Part shown: in pieces, positions 36,998-49,346 of the stretch
Numbering within the stretch: the stretch's first letter is position 1
Layout: every line of letters starts with the position of its first letter
Origin: Xylographa opegraphella
Lineage: Eukaryota
Reading direction: 5' to 3'
DNA length: 64,000 nucleotides
Assembly (NCBI GenBank): GCA_022813865.1
Contig: JALDZX010000013.1
Span: 62,001 to 126,000, forward strand
Made by a program: the position numbers and the translations under genes
The notes under the pieces: generated by a model
The model's input: only the letters and a program-made list of their open reading frames with translations
Told to the model about the DNA's origin: nothing
Databases searched by the model: none

Positions 36998-38350
36998 ATG
37001 CAGGCAAACACTCGACCCGTTGCGCAAGCCTGCACGTACTGTCATTCTCGGAAGATCAAATGTGTGCCTACCGAGGACTCGGGATGTCAGGCCTGCGAGA
37101 GCAATAACATCCAATGCCGTCTACGCCATCCGAAGAAGCTGGGCCGGCCGAAAGGAGGTCCATATTACTCTTTTCCAGTATGCTCAGAACATAACGCTAG
37201 TCATTCCAAGCGGCCGACCCGGTCAAGTCACCAGACTGGTAAGCCGTTGTCATTTCATCAAGTTTTTGTGTGCGGGCGACCACCGTTCCCGCATTCTGAG
37301 ACCCTGATCACCCTGATGCTTGTCGGTTGATTAGAAGCTAAGTGATGCATCGATCCAGAAACTGCATCCTCATCACCCTCGGACAATATAGCTTCCAGAT
37401 TTCATCAGCTGGGAGCAGCTTCCTCCAACCTCGGGGATTCTTTCGTTCTTTCCTTTGCCTCGACTACTGCACAAATCCAGGCCGTCCCCAAATCCTTTAA
37501 CCTGTCCGGCTCCAAGACCTGGTACGACCTTCCGCAGCAGAGCAATGGGCACTTCCCTCCGCCCGACTCCGCCTTCGACCACTCGGAAACAACATCTCCG
37601 CAGAGCGAAGTCCCCGTCATGTCCAGTGCGGCCGATTCGTCCGTGTTCTCAACACCGCCCTTGGCTTTCAACGACCTGTTTCCAAACACCCCGCTGGACG
37701 ACGGCATGTCCATTGAGGAAACCGATTCCACCTTCCTCTCCCTCTTCAACCTGTACTTGGAGTCCCACAACGCATTGACGGAGATACGATCGGGGCTGCA
37801 GCAAGTGACTATTTCAGATTTGAAAGACGGCCGTGGCGTCATGGGGATAGTTATCAAAATTAGCGACCTCGGTAATACAATGGTACGGAATCACAACGCG
37901 GCGAACCCATCGCTCCCTACACCAACGAACAATCTCCTCTTTTCATTTATAGCCATCTTGAAGGGCTGTGAACTAGCCGAGCAGATCTCCTCCATCATCC
38001 TGTCCCCCACGCGCTCGCCCACGCGCTCGGATTCGGCAGACTTCTGCACAATGACACCCATGTACCCTAGCAAGCCCATGGCACCCTCGATCGACGACTA
38101 CTCGTGGACAACGTGCTCGCTCGTGACCGAGCATCCCGAGCTGTCGGTGGAGCAGATCACGGCCCTGGTCAGATTGGACATCCACCTATCACACTTCAAC
38201 AACTTCATCTCCCTATTCGCCCACTTGGTCCCCGAGCAGGGGCAGGGCTTATCGGCCTCCTTTCTGGCGACCCAGTACCAGAGAAGACTATCACACTTGC
38301 ATAGCCACATAAGACTGGCTGTAGATTCGATCATACCTGCATGGGAATGA
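36998..38350 (+). CDS. Zn(II)2Cys6 transcription factor, likely pathway-specific (about 410 aa)
   Basis: CTYCHSRKIKCVPTEDSGCQACESNNIQC followed by KKLGRPK. Intron 37239-37358 joins in frame to the ORF ending at 38350. Confidence 0.87.
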
Positions 38351-38834
38351 CCATAAAAATCCCCGAACGGATCGCGCGATCCATGGTCTGGTGTGCCGCA
38401 TCGCTTGCCGTTTCTTTACTTTTTTTTGGGCCCGCTCGGGCCGTTCCATGGGACCAGATTCGAGGACACCCAAAAAAAAGCCCACATCGTTTTTTCCTAC
38501 GCAACTCTTTCCTAATCGGGGGTTTCCCACTTATCAGACCTGGTACCACGACATCTCGCTACCCTACTTTTGCGCGGTTCCAGGAGGCCATCCTCGCTTT
38601 ATCAGGACGTCGACCCCATAATACAACCTTTACTCACAATTCTGGTCCACGACGACGTGGTACCCAGTCACAGAACGGCAACCGCTATCACATGCGTCGC
38701 TCTACCGATCGTACCTCTCGCCCGCGCCTGCAACGACGGTGACGTCCCATCCACTCCACCTCGACCTCCTGCAGGAGATTGTGACGGGCCCTCCGCTCTG
38801 CCTTGAGGACCGTGGAGACGGCGACGAGCCACGC

Positions 38835-38955
38835 CCTCCAGCAACGAGCCACTCCCTCCAACAATGACCCACTCCCCCCAACAACGACCCCCTCCATCCC
38901 GCAACGACCACCTCCATCCCGCAACGACCACCTCCCTCCACCAGCGAACCACCAT
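38835..38955 (+). repeat. imperfect ~20-bp C-rich tandem array
   Basis: CCTCCATCCCGCAACGACCA occurs twice perfectly (38891-38930), with degenerate copies on both sides. Confidence 0.75.
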
Positions 38956-39613
38956 CCCACCCCATCAACGCACCCGCCAATCCCGACCCCAGCTGCTGTC
39001 TCCCCGCCCTCCTCTCCACCGCCCGCAAGCCGCCCTCACCAACCATCGACAACCACACCAAGATCCCACCACCCCCCTCCAAAACCCTCACACCACCCAC
39101 CCACTACAACCCTTGCCTTCCGTACCGCCTTCCGGACCCGACCACCCTCACCTCCACCCCCCCTTCGGTTCCCGCGTTCAGCAAACCCGGTTTTCCCGTC
39201 GTGGAGGATACATAGATAGATCAGATAGATGGATAGACGAATGGATAAAGAACGGCTTCCCCCCCACCCTTAAGCGAGGAACACCACGTAAATCCCACGT
39301 GCTGCGAAACGTGCTTGCATGCTCATGAGCAGCCGTGATATTCCCCGTAGCCATCCATCCATCCATACATGCCATCCACCCACCCCTTAAAAATGCCGAA
39401 GCCGCCGCCCACCCTCCCATCCAAAAGCCGCGCAACGATCAACCAAAGCTATATTTCCATCCCGCAACCGAACCTCCGCCATCCTCCCTTATCTACCCTA
39501 GGCCTACCGGTAGTGTATCCCACCACAAAGCACAACCCGCACAACCCGCACAACAACGGAGGGTCATCATACGTCTATCTATCGTACAAGCAGCTGTCCA
39601 CTTTTCTCGTCCC

Positions 39614-39619
39614 NNNNNN
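39614..39619. other. assembly gap (6 N) inside a poly-C run
   Basis: cccNNNNNNcccccccccc. Confidence 0.99.
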
Positions 39620-39890
39620 CCCCCCCCCCTCATCGCGCGGCGGCCAATAATAATAATATGCCCCCAAAGCAGGTTTTTCTTCCCACAACCTCGCTTGGGA
39701 AAACCAACCTCGCCTCTTTTTTTGGGGGGCGTCGGAGAATTAATTTTTTTTTCTTAGGTCAGCACCTTATCTGGCCGTCGGACGGGAAGATCGTCGTTGC
39801 ACGGACCTTTTTTCCGCTGCGTTCCGGTGAGATGGTGTGTGATGCGGTTGCGATGCGATGAGATGCGATGTGTGCGATGAGATGTTGTCT

Positions 39891-39940
39891 GATGCGATGC
39901 GATGCGATGCGATGCGATGCGATGCGATGCGATGCGATGC
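39891..39940 (+). repeat. (GATGC)10 microsatellite within an imperfect GATGN tract (about 39841-39965)
   Basis: Read directly. Confidence 0.95.
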
Positions 39941-40795
39941 GAGGAGATGAGATGAGATGGGATGTGTGACGGACTGGATCTCTCTGTGGAACAGCGACGG
40001 GCACGATCTACGCGCTGCTGGGTTTTGTTTTTGCTACTTAGGAGTTGAGACGATTGAGACGAGATAGATCCGTGCTTGCGGGGCGGGTGGTACTGATACG
40101 GGTACGAAGGGGGGGCTTTGGATGGGGAGTGAGCAATGCACTTTTGTGGTTCTGGGCTACTGGGCGGGTTGGGCTTTTCTGGATGGGTTATTCGCTCTGA
40201 CTGAGCAGAGGCCGGACGCTTGGAGAGTGGAGTGGATAACATCTGCTCTTTGTTCCCCGTAAGGCAAGGACATACGTCCGCGATGAGCTGGTCCATCCTC
40301 TGCCGGTGTGACAGTCCATCGTCCGCGGTGTAACAGCCCATCGATCGCTGTGTAACAGTCGATGCGTCTCTTTGTTCCTCGCATGGCAAGGAGATCGTAC
40401 ACCGTGTGACAGATGCGCCTCCCTGTGACATGCATGCGCACGTCATGATCAGAATGGAGGATTGGAAAGCAGGGGTCATGGAGAGCAATAATCGACTGCT
40501 CGGACATTCCGATTTTCGTGGAACAGCGAGAGTATGTACAACAAATATTTTTCTGCTGTTGAGCTTCTGGCCAAAAGCTACTCGAATCCTGGGTTGTATA
40601 ACGACATCATCAGCCAAGTTGCCTGCAAGATGAGCTGCTGTTCGAAAATCACAGGGTCTCCCCCTTTTCTTACGAGTTTCGTCGAACCCCTTGCTTTGAT
40701 TGCGCCTGAGATGGCCTGGCATTTCTCGTGTTGCTGTTCGAATGGAATGTACATACGCCCCTGATAACAAACCAACACCAGGAATGAATGCATAT

Positions 40796-43200
40796 ATGAA
40801 AGAGGGGTTGCGCTGGTGCTCTTTCTGCTTGCCTTGATTTCAACTTTGTTTTTATCTTCCAACCTCCTTTCTCAGCATGTCACGCAAAAGAGACCGCTCC
40901 ACCGAAGCTTCGACGCACGACCGCGAACCAAAGAGACAACCCCAGCACTATCCGGATGGCTCACTCCATCAGTCACAGCCGTCAGGTTGAACACGCCTGT
41001 ATCAGGACGCAGAGCCAGGTCGCCCGCTGCAGAAGCCAATGGCAGGTTGCTCGCTGCAGACCTCAGTGACAGGCCATCCGCTTCGAGACGCAAGGGAAGA
41101 CCGAGCGTAGAGGACGGCGATTACGATAAATACCCTGTAAGAATCGCAAACATCCACGGGCCAAACCTTGCAATACCCTTGGACTACACACGTAATGCAC
41201 ATGCGGAGTCAGGGTCCGACTCACCATCACCTCTTGGGCAACAGGGCAGATCCTATACCACTGAGGTTCACGCCGCAATTTATTCGGGCAGACCACGAAC
41301 AGGCCCTGGGAAGTGGCATTCCCTGGTGTCCCAGGAATTGGGAGACCACACCAATCGAAAGCAAGTGACCCGCCGCTGGAGCTGGACGTCGATCCCCCAA
41401 CTTTGAAAGGCACCTCGCAAGGGCCCAAAACAATCGCGCCTCCGGAACACTGGATAGAAGCAGAACTCGTAAAGTTCGACGCCTTGAAGACTCCTGGAAT
41501 CTATATCATGGATCTCGAAGAGTGTCAATATTTGGAGCCCGAGAGATTTGACATGCCGGATCATCGCCGCAAGGCTCTCGGCCAGGGCATTGCGCTGCTC
41601 GGACTCCTGCTTGAAACCTCAGCTGCGTATTTCGCCAATGTGTTCCCAAGAGAACCCAATTTCTTTTACATGGACGGTGCGCCTAACAAGCAGAGAGTGG
41701 TGATGAATGAAAACCTTGATAAACGCGAGCGCGTATTTACGTTTGAGTACCTGATGGCGTATATCAACACACATGTGACGTTTCGTGAAAGTAGAGACCT
41801 GTATGCAACGAGGGGTAGGCTTGCATTGATCCATCCAGCTCACATCCATGTTGAGGACGTACCTCTCGATTCTTGTGGCTTCGACAACCATATGACAAAA
41901 GAATGGCATAAAGCAGCGAACAGAGGGATTCAGCGGAAGGACTGGTACCATCACGTCACGATCACCTTTGCCACTGATTTTGCGGATACTTACCTTGCAA
42001 ACAAAAAAGGTTCAGAAGAAAGACTGATTGCGACCGTGTCGGCGGCAACCGTTTTCGTACACCATATAGCTTATGCATCCCGACTCGCTCACGTAAAAGG
42101 GCATCGGAACGAAAAGTTCAAACGCTGGGTCGGTCTCGATGTGGAATTCGATGATGGATATGCTCTCGAAGGATGGCTCTTCGGAGGCGTATGTGCAGTT
42201 TCTGAACCTTTTTTTCCCATTCAGTCTAGATTTCTTGCTCGAAGACATTGTTTAGGGAATCGAATCCATGCCCCACATGACCCATATTTTGAGGACTCAA
42301 CGTATCCTAGAAAGTTCTTGCTAAAGCTCGAACTTATACTGACCCTTGAATATAAACCTAGTGGTATCCCTCACGAACCTGGTTTCATGGTCAGTACAGT
42401 GGAACTGTCCAGCCAGGCTTCGCTTGGAGAAAATGGCACCGCATACCCTGCCATGAGCCAGTTGTCGAAGTGCAATATTCGGTTTCGTTGGCTCACGTAC
42501 AACGCTGGGTACGTCGGGGTGAGTGGTCGAGATATCAAGTTTTAGTTCATTGGTCCGACGGGACCCATGCGCAGATCATAGAAAATCTGCTGGCTCCTAA
42601 AACACCCTTCAGATTGGGACGATGTGCGAGAATCGGCTGGTACCCTGTGCCGTGGAGGTTAGACAAAGACAAAACTGGGTTTATACCAAGTAAACTCAAT
42701 TCCCCATTGAGCAGCGGGCCTTAATGCTAATTCTCAAAGATCCCTGGTTATATAGCACGCTGGAAGGGCCTTGCCCGTTCGTGGACTTGGACTGGGACGA
42801 TGCTGAAGACACCCAAGGTCCCGTGAATCCTGCCGCGATTGCTAAAGCCATGGCGAAGGCCCCGACACCAAAGAAGCGAGTCAATCCCAGCGCTCCACCA
42901 AAACCGAATTTTATCAAACGGCTGTTGGCCACCAAAGCTGCGAAAACAAGGACAGACAGCAAGTTAGAGCCGTACTCGGATTGGTGGTATGAAAGAGGTA
43001 TTAAGAGGCCGAGCGTAACGAGAGAGCAGAGGTCAAGAGCAAATACGATCCTAGCTAACTTTGAGGGAAATAAGGAAGATGTGGAACATGTCATGGCATT
43101 AGTGGCTGATGAGACTGGAAAACCATTTCTACCACGAGACCCTGAGGAAGAAGAAGAAGGGGATCCTCTTTTTCCGGAAACATCAGAGTGGGACGGATAG
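40796..43200 (+). CDS. uncharacterised multi-exon fungal protein, possibly secreted; 5' end disrupted or uncertain
   Basis: Long ORFs are joined in frame by plausible introns (about 41137-41291, 42189-42361, and about 42690-42738). Contains TVFVHHIAYA...DDGYALEGWLFGG. A hydrophobic N-terminal stretch is one base out of frame with the nearest ATG. Confidence 0.55.
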
Positions 43201-43439
43201 AGTTAACATCCATATCTAAGCGTTTGAACCATGTGGTTAATACTCGAGACAGTGTGCGAGGAAGGAGAGAACAATGGGAAACGAGAGAGATTTCTCTGTG
43301 CGATTACTAGCGTTCTGAGAAACACTAGCGTGCTGGTGAGCACTCAGATGATCAGTCTCTGAATATCTCGCTGCAGCTGCAGCTCCTGCCTAAAGGCTCA
43401 AAATCTACTCACTCCCAGTCTTGCCTCTCCCAATAACAT

Positions 43440-45796
43440 CTATATCTTCTCCTGTCCCAAAAACTCCACTTCCCTCACTACCGTGTCGCCCTGCACCATC
43501 TCGATCTGCCTGATCGGCCCTGTAAACCACTTCCTGGCTGACAAAAACCAACTTCCCAAGGCTCCAATAGCAATAATCCCAACCGCCACAACAGTGTAGT
43601 TGAGGGTTTGACTGGTAACCGGGTTCGTCGTAGGTAAGCAGAAGATGATGGTAATGAAGCCGATCCAAAGGACAGCGACGAGCGCGACAGGACGCGAGAA
43701 CATCTTGAGGTTAAAAGGCCCCTTTTTGAAGCCGCCGGGGTAGATGAGACCGATGAGAATTGGGATGCCGTAAGAAATGTAAAGCCCGATTGTGGCGATG
43801 GAGGTGGCCGCTGCGAACGCCACGGAAGACCCTAATGACGGAAGGGCGAGGAGGAAGGAGAGGGTAGCGGCAAGCCAGACTGGCCGCAATATTAGATGGA
43901 GATTTTATCGTACATTATATTTTGGAGACTGTAAATACCTGTTCGAATTGGACTCTGAAATCTGGCATCAACCTTGTGGAAGAACCGCGGCAGAGCTCCA
44001 TCTCGAGAGAATGCAAACATCATGCGTGAATTACTTGTCATGGAGAATAATCCGCAATGCCATACACCTTAGTAGAAGTTATCTGAGTTAGCACTCTCCT
44101 TGTCCTTTCAAACCTATAGTCATGGGAAAGTTGATGGGGGTATATTTAGCGACTCGAATACATCTCAAGCCACCAATTCAGTTCGAGAGCATGCCTTAAA
44201 GCTTGACTGCACACCTGGAGGGGGAAGCATATGAAATCATACATACACAGCAAAATCAAAGTCATGAGGACGATGGCGCCATTGGTACCGAAGACATCCA
44301 CCAGGATCTGCGTCACTGGCTGTCCGTAGTCGCTTCCAACAGTGTTTGTGAAATCTTGAATCGAAAAGAGAAGCGCAAGGAGGAGAAAGAATCCAAAGAC
44401 GGCAGATATGCCAATGGAGGTGATCACACCCATCGGAGCGCTCCAAGATGCATTTCGAGTCTCCTCGCTTAGATGAGCACTGGCATCAAATCCGGTGAGA
44501 GTATATTGAGCCATCAGGACACCGCATGCTGCGACGTAGGCAGGCGAGGCACGCACACTCCACCCAGGATCACCGGTTCCATCGTAGAAGGTAGAGAAGA
44601 CGAAGCTCGCGTTCTGATGTGTAGGAGCTTTGGCCAAGACAGCAATAGCGAGAGAGCCTACACCAATGCTATGCAGAATGATGGACGAGTCGTTGAGAAA
44701 GCGCAGAATATGGACTCCGAAGGAGTTCACCATGGCATGGGAGATGAGAATAGCTGCATAAATACCGATCGTCTTACCAGCCGTGGGTGTATAGGCAGTA
44801 TTGACGGTCGCAGTTGTAGAAATCAGGCCCGCAAGACCAAAGGAGATACCGGTGGTCACCGCAACTTGGCCGAGTAAGTTGAACCTGTGAATTTTAGTCT
44901 TTAGAATGACATATAACTGAAGTCAGAAGATATAAAGTACCATCCAGTGATCCATGAGGCGAATGCTGCGTGCTTGACAGGCGCTAGTCTAGCAGCCCAG
45001 AAGTATGGGCCTCCTGAAGTTGGAATGGCTGATACTATTTCGGCCATGCCCAGGCCGACAAACATGGCTTACGCAAACGTTAGCGTAATATGCGTGGCGG
45101 AGACTCGGAATTGATGCCGGGGAACGCACTGAAAAAGCTGACCACAATCCAGCCAACCGACATCACCCCAGGACCTCCTGTATTGAGTCCATAGCTGAAG
45201 AGTCTGCCGAAAGATTTGTGTCAAAAGAGTCCGGCCGCAAGCAACAGCGTCAATAAAAACCTACGTTGTGATACCAGTAACAACGCTCTGACAGACAGCA
45301 CCATATCATTAGCATTTGAACCAAGTATTCCAACATCAGGAGACCATTATAAGACTAAATTGCTCTCAAACATTTCCAAGTCGCATTGCACAATTATTAG
45401 GCAATGGAATATAAATCCAAGCATCTAAGTCGCGTCGCACTTTATTTTCTTTGTCTTATGAAGCAGTCAAGGAATATATCTGATCTTGAACAAGGGACCA
45501 CGATTCATCCCATCGAATCCAACATATGGATTCAGGAAACAGCAGACGTGAATTTCGCTCCTTGACTGCGCTCGGTACTCCGTGACCTTTGAGAAGTAGA
45601 ACGCAACACGCGCGCAGTACGAGACCTCGGGGAGACCCCTGAAGATTTGAGAGATGCCTACAATAATGGAAAAGGAGATGCCGAAGTTGTGCAGCAAGCT
45701 CCAGTCGCGGTTCAGCTCCTGCTTGTAGCCCATCTCGGCCAAGGTGCTTTCATCCTGCGCCTGGTGCGAGAAGTGGTGCTCGAGCTGATCGGCCAT
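43440..45796 (-). CDS. APC-superfamily amino acid/GABA/polyamine permease (ACT family)
   Basis: LAEMGYKQELNRDWSLLHNFGISFSII, GMAEIVSAIPTSGGPYFW, QYTLTGFDASAHLSEET, SNSRMMFAFSRDG, KGPFNL, LNYT. About seven exons, intact. Confidence 0.92.
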
Positions 45797-47220
45797 CCTG
45801 GTCAGGCAAATAATAATGTATAGAGACGAGTATGTGCAACTATCCTACAGAGCCGGTCGAATCAGTTCGCGGAGAATGTGGTTGAGAAGATAGGATAGTA
45901 TGCAGGACAAGGGTATCATGATCAGGACATTTCATTTCCCGCTCGCGACCATATGGGAGGCCGCCGTAAGAGCGGATCGCTACGCTGCTTCTGTGATAGG
46001 TCGAGAGGATGCATGTTATCGAGTCATGTTATCGTGGTGTCGTCCGCTACTGTGCATCGCTCTCTCCGCGCTCTCCTCTCTTCGGTCCTTATCTGCAGTG
46101 TACCTGCCGTAGTCGCGCCGGGCGGAGGGGCCGCTTCGCTTGTGGCATGTCACCTGATCGAAGGCGCTAGAGTTGCGAGTCGGGTCTAGCTACTTGTGTA
46201 TTAGCTCCAAGACCTCTACACTAAGTCCGAGAGTAGTCTAGTCTACCTACTAGCTGCGAACGACGACAGCAATATCAAGAGACTCATAGAACGGTTCGGG
46301 AAACGCACATTCGGGCAATGAAGACACTATAGACTTCAATCTTGCTAGACAGAGGAAAACACCAAATCTAAATATCAAGACGCTTTGTGTGGGGCAGAAG
46401 GTAAATACGGACACAAGCACAGCAGGCTCTCAGGCCGGGAAGTATAGTAGCACAACACAAGCGAGAAACAGAATTCCAGACTTATATGACCTTCTTCATT
46501 ATGAGAAGAAGCGAGACCTTTCATAGCCTTAGAAGTAGATATATAGCATCCGCTGTGAGAACTTGTGTAGATTGCTCTTATGGCTGACGTCTTCCGTTCT
46601 GACGGGCTACCATGGGAGCCATGTGGGACTAGGTGAGGAGTACTTAAATTCGACCACATCGGATCTCTCTCGTGTGAAATCATGATACAACATCATGCGA
46701 GTGCTCCAGAGTGAACGAGATTATCGTGGGAATGCTACGGGAGCTGCTCATCCCAGCACCAAGGCTGTGTAGGATTCTTACACGTGGACGATCCTCTTCA
46801 CGGCGGCTATAGACGCGGCTATCCAAAGATATTTCTCTTATTTCCATGGACTACTGCTTCTTGAATTTGCAATAACGTGGTTCTCTGAACGTCACGAGTG
46901 ATAGCATGATCTTTGTTTCAATCATGATCCCCAGGGCATTGGTCATCCAATGCTCTATTTTATCTCTTGGCCAACCGTGTCCCGCTTTCCATCTTCAGGA
47001 GTGATTGATTGGGACTTTTGTGGGTTTTGAGCTATGGCGCCTACTCTGACCTTGCTTCGCAGCGGAATTCAACCTGAAATGATGCTACCGGCGCACATTT
47101 GCATGTGATTGCGATGTCATGATACATGATGTCACCGCTATTGAGCATATGTGTGAAACCTGACAACTTATCGTCGGCCTGTCAACCTACATTGAACATT
47201 TCGAATCTGTTACCTTCATC

Positions 47221-48221
47221 ATGGCCGAACACGATACCCTCCGTTATGATCCAATTCCTAATTTTTTGTCCAGCGACCTTTTTACACTCAAACAACCACA
47301 ATCAAACGAAACTCCCATCAAGACATTCATCATTGAGCAACCGGTCACTATACAGCGGTTACCCTATGTGCCTAAGGATGGAGATCTTCTTGTGGATGCT
47401 GGCACAGCGAGAGCTACCATAGCTGCTTCCAAGGAGTCCCCCAATGGCACCCCCGGCTACGCCGAGAAACATCAGAATAAAACGGTAATCCCACTCAATC
47501 CACGATTTCGGGCAACGGTGCTAAGTGCTTTTTCAGGTGGTTCAACAGCACGCTATCTACTGGGACTTTGACCACGATGGCATCATCTGGCCTCAAGACA
47601 CCTATTTCGGCTGCCGCAAGTGGGGATGGAGCATTCCTCTGTCCCTCTTGGTTATGTTCATCATCAACTTCAACCTCTCCTACCCAACTGTGCCTGGCTG
47701 GCTCCCTGATCCTTTCTTCCGCATTTACCTCGATAAGATGTACAAGGCATGATGGATTTCTACCCCGATGATAACAAGCAGCTAAGAAGGTTACCAGGAT
47801 AAACATGGTTCTGACTCCATGACCTACGACAATGAAGGTCGATTCAAACCACAGAACTTTGAGGATGTCTTCGCAAAATACGATAAAGGAAACAAAGGCG
47901 GGTTGACTTGGTCTGATCTCCTGGATCTGTGGAAGGGACAGCGTATGGTGTTTGACTTTTTCGGCATGTCGGCTGCCGTACTTGAATGTAGGTTCTTCTA
48001 CGTTGGGGCATACTAGCGAGTCGAGTTATATACTGATACCAGCAGGGACTGCTACGTACCTATTACTATGGCCAGATGATGGTGTGATGAAGAAGGAGGA
48101 TATTCGTAGGATCTATGACGGTAGTATCTTCTTCAAAAAGGCCGAGGAGTATGAGCGAAAGCAAAGAGCAAAGGCCGACTTGAGGAGCTCTACTAGTCGC
48201 TCACTAGTGGAGAGAGCGTAG
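47221..48221 (+). CDS. caleosin / peroxygenase
   Basis: QQH (heme His), EF-hand DFDHDGIIWPQD, hydrophobic hairpin with proline knot PTVPGWLPDP, KHGSDS, YDNEGRF, FAKYD, IRRIYDGSIF. Four exons; the second intron is GC-AG. Confidence 0.92.
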
Positions 48222-48842
48222 AAGCTGATGTGACCATTGAGCAACCGTCATGGGCGCTATAGGCGTCTTACACCTGAATAGTATTATGACTGATTGATTC
48301 TTGACAAACCAAACCAACTGACATGTCTGAGTGCAGTCACTTGTACATCCGAGCTTTATGCATGGCCCTCAGGAAGCGTATTGTACCCGGTCAGGAGGAG
48401 CCGATTCTTCAACTACTTTCAATATCGTTAGCAGATGCTAACCTGCATCAACCCCCCAATACTCAATCGTTTGCTGTACACCTTATATTTCATATTTATT
48501 TACTACGATGTTTCATTCTTGTTACAAGATTCCAACTTGGTTCACATACTAGATGAAGCACCGGCTGACTCTCCAGGTATCAGTCACTCCAATACACCCA
48601 AATCCGGCTGACTCTTTCCTTCTCATAAACTTCAAAGCATCATCTGCACCCGTCTTCTCCTGGCTTTCCCTCACATCCTAACCTCCACAACCTCGTCTCC
48701 CATCTCCTTCCAGCTCTTCCCTACCAAACTTCACAACCCCCTTCTTTGTTTAAGCCTGCCAGGCTATCATCAAACCTTTTACCAACGCAACCACACGGAG
48801 AAATCAGCCACCCTCCACCCACGCCGCCCACACCTCCCTCCC

Positions 48843-49346
48843 ATGGACCCCGCCGGCCCCGTCGGCGTCCGCCTCACCATCCTCACCTGCGGCCTCCGCA
48901 CGCTCCGCACCCTCGACGGACAGAACTACACCATCGACTGCACGGGCCTCCGCCCCCCTTCTCGCGAGCTCCAATACAGCATGAACGGCACCTTCCGCGA
49001 GTTCCGCCAAGCCTTCTTCGCCGACGAGGAGGCGCGCGCCGAACTGCTCTCCCACACCGCCATCCTGTACCGCGAGCTGCGCACCATCATGTACGCGCGG
49101 GGCGGTGCGGACGTTTTCTTGGTCGTCCATTGCAAGATGGGCGTCCATCGTAGCGTGTCGATGGCGGAGGTGCTGGCGAAGAGGGCGCGCTCGTGGTGGG
49201 GCGTGGAGGTGAGGTTGAGGCATTTGGATCTGGACCGGAATTGGGAGAGGTATAAGAGGTCGGTGGGGAGGGAGCGGGGGGGGTGGGGTGAGGGGAGGGA
49301 GGGGATTGAGGAGAGGGAGGGGGGTGAGGAGAGGGAGGAGTGGTAG
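48843..49346 (+). CDS. standalone RapZ/YvcJ C-terminal-domain-like protein with an HCX5RS loop
   Basis: Intronless, GC-rich ORF. IDCTGLRPP and VHCKMGVHRSVSMAEVLA...VEVRLRHLDL parallel the RapZ C-terminal pattern (D.R.LPNP ... GCTGGxHRSVxxAExLA ... HRDL). Recognised by eye only. Confidence 0.65.
   Translation: MDPAGPVGVRLTILTCGLRTLRTLDGQNYTIDCTGLRPPSRELQYSMNGTFREFRQAFFADEEARAELLSHTAILYRELRTIMYARGGADVFLVVHCKMGVHRSVSMAEVLAKRARSWWGVEVRLRHLDLDRNWERYKRSVGRERGGWGEGREGIEEREGGEEREEW

Noticed and set aside
39754..40770. 338-aa minus-strand ORF with (SHRIA)n repeats
   Set aside because: The repeat is just the translated GATGC microsatellite; the rest lacks protein-like features.
43890..44245. Apparent missing segment in the permease (suspected pseudogene)
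   Set aside because: The segment is present as a separate exon (CVWHCGLFSMTSNSRMM...) between two normal introns.
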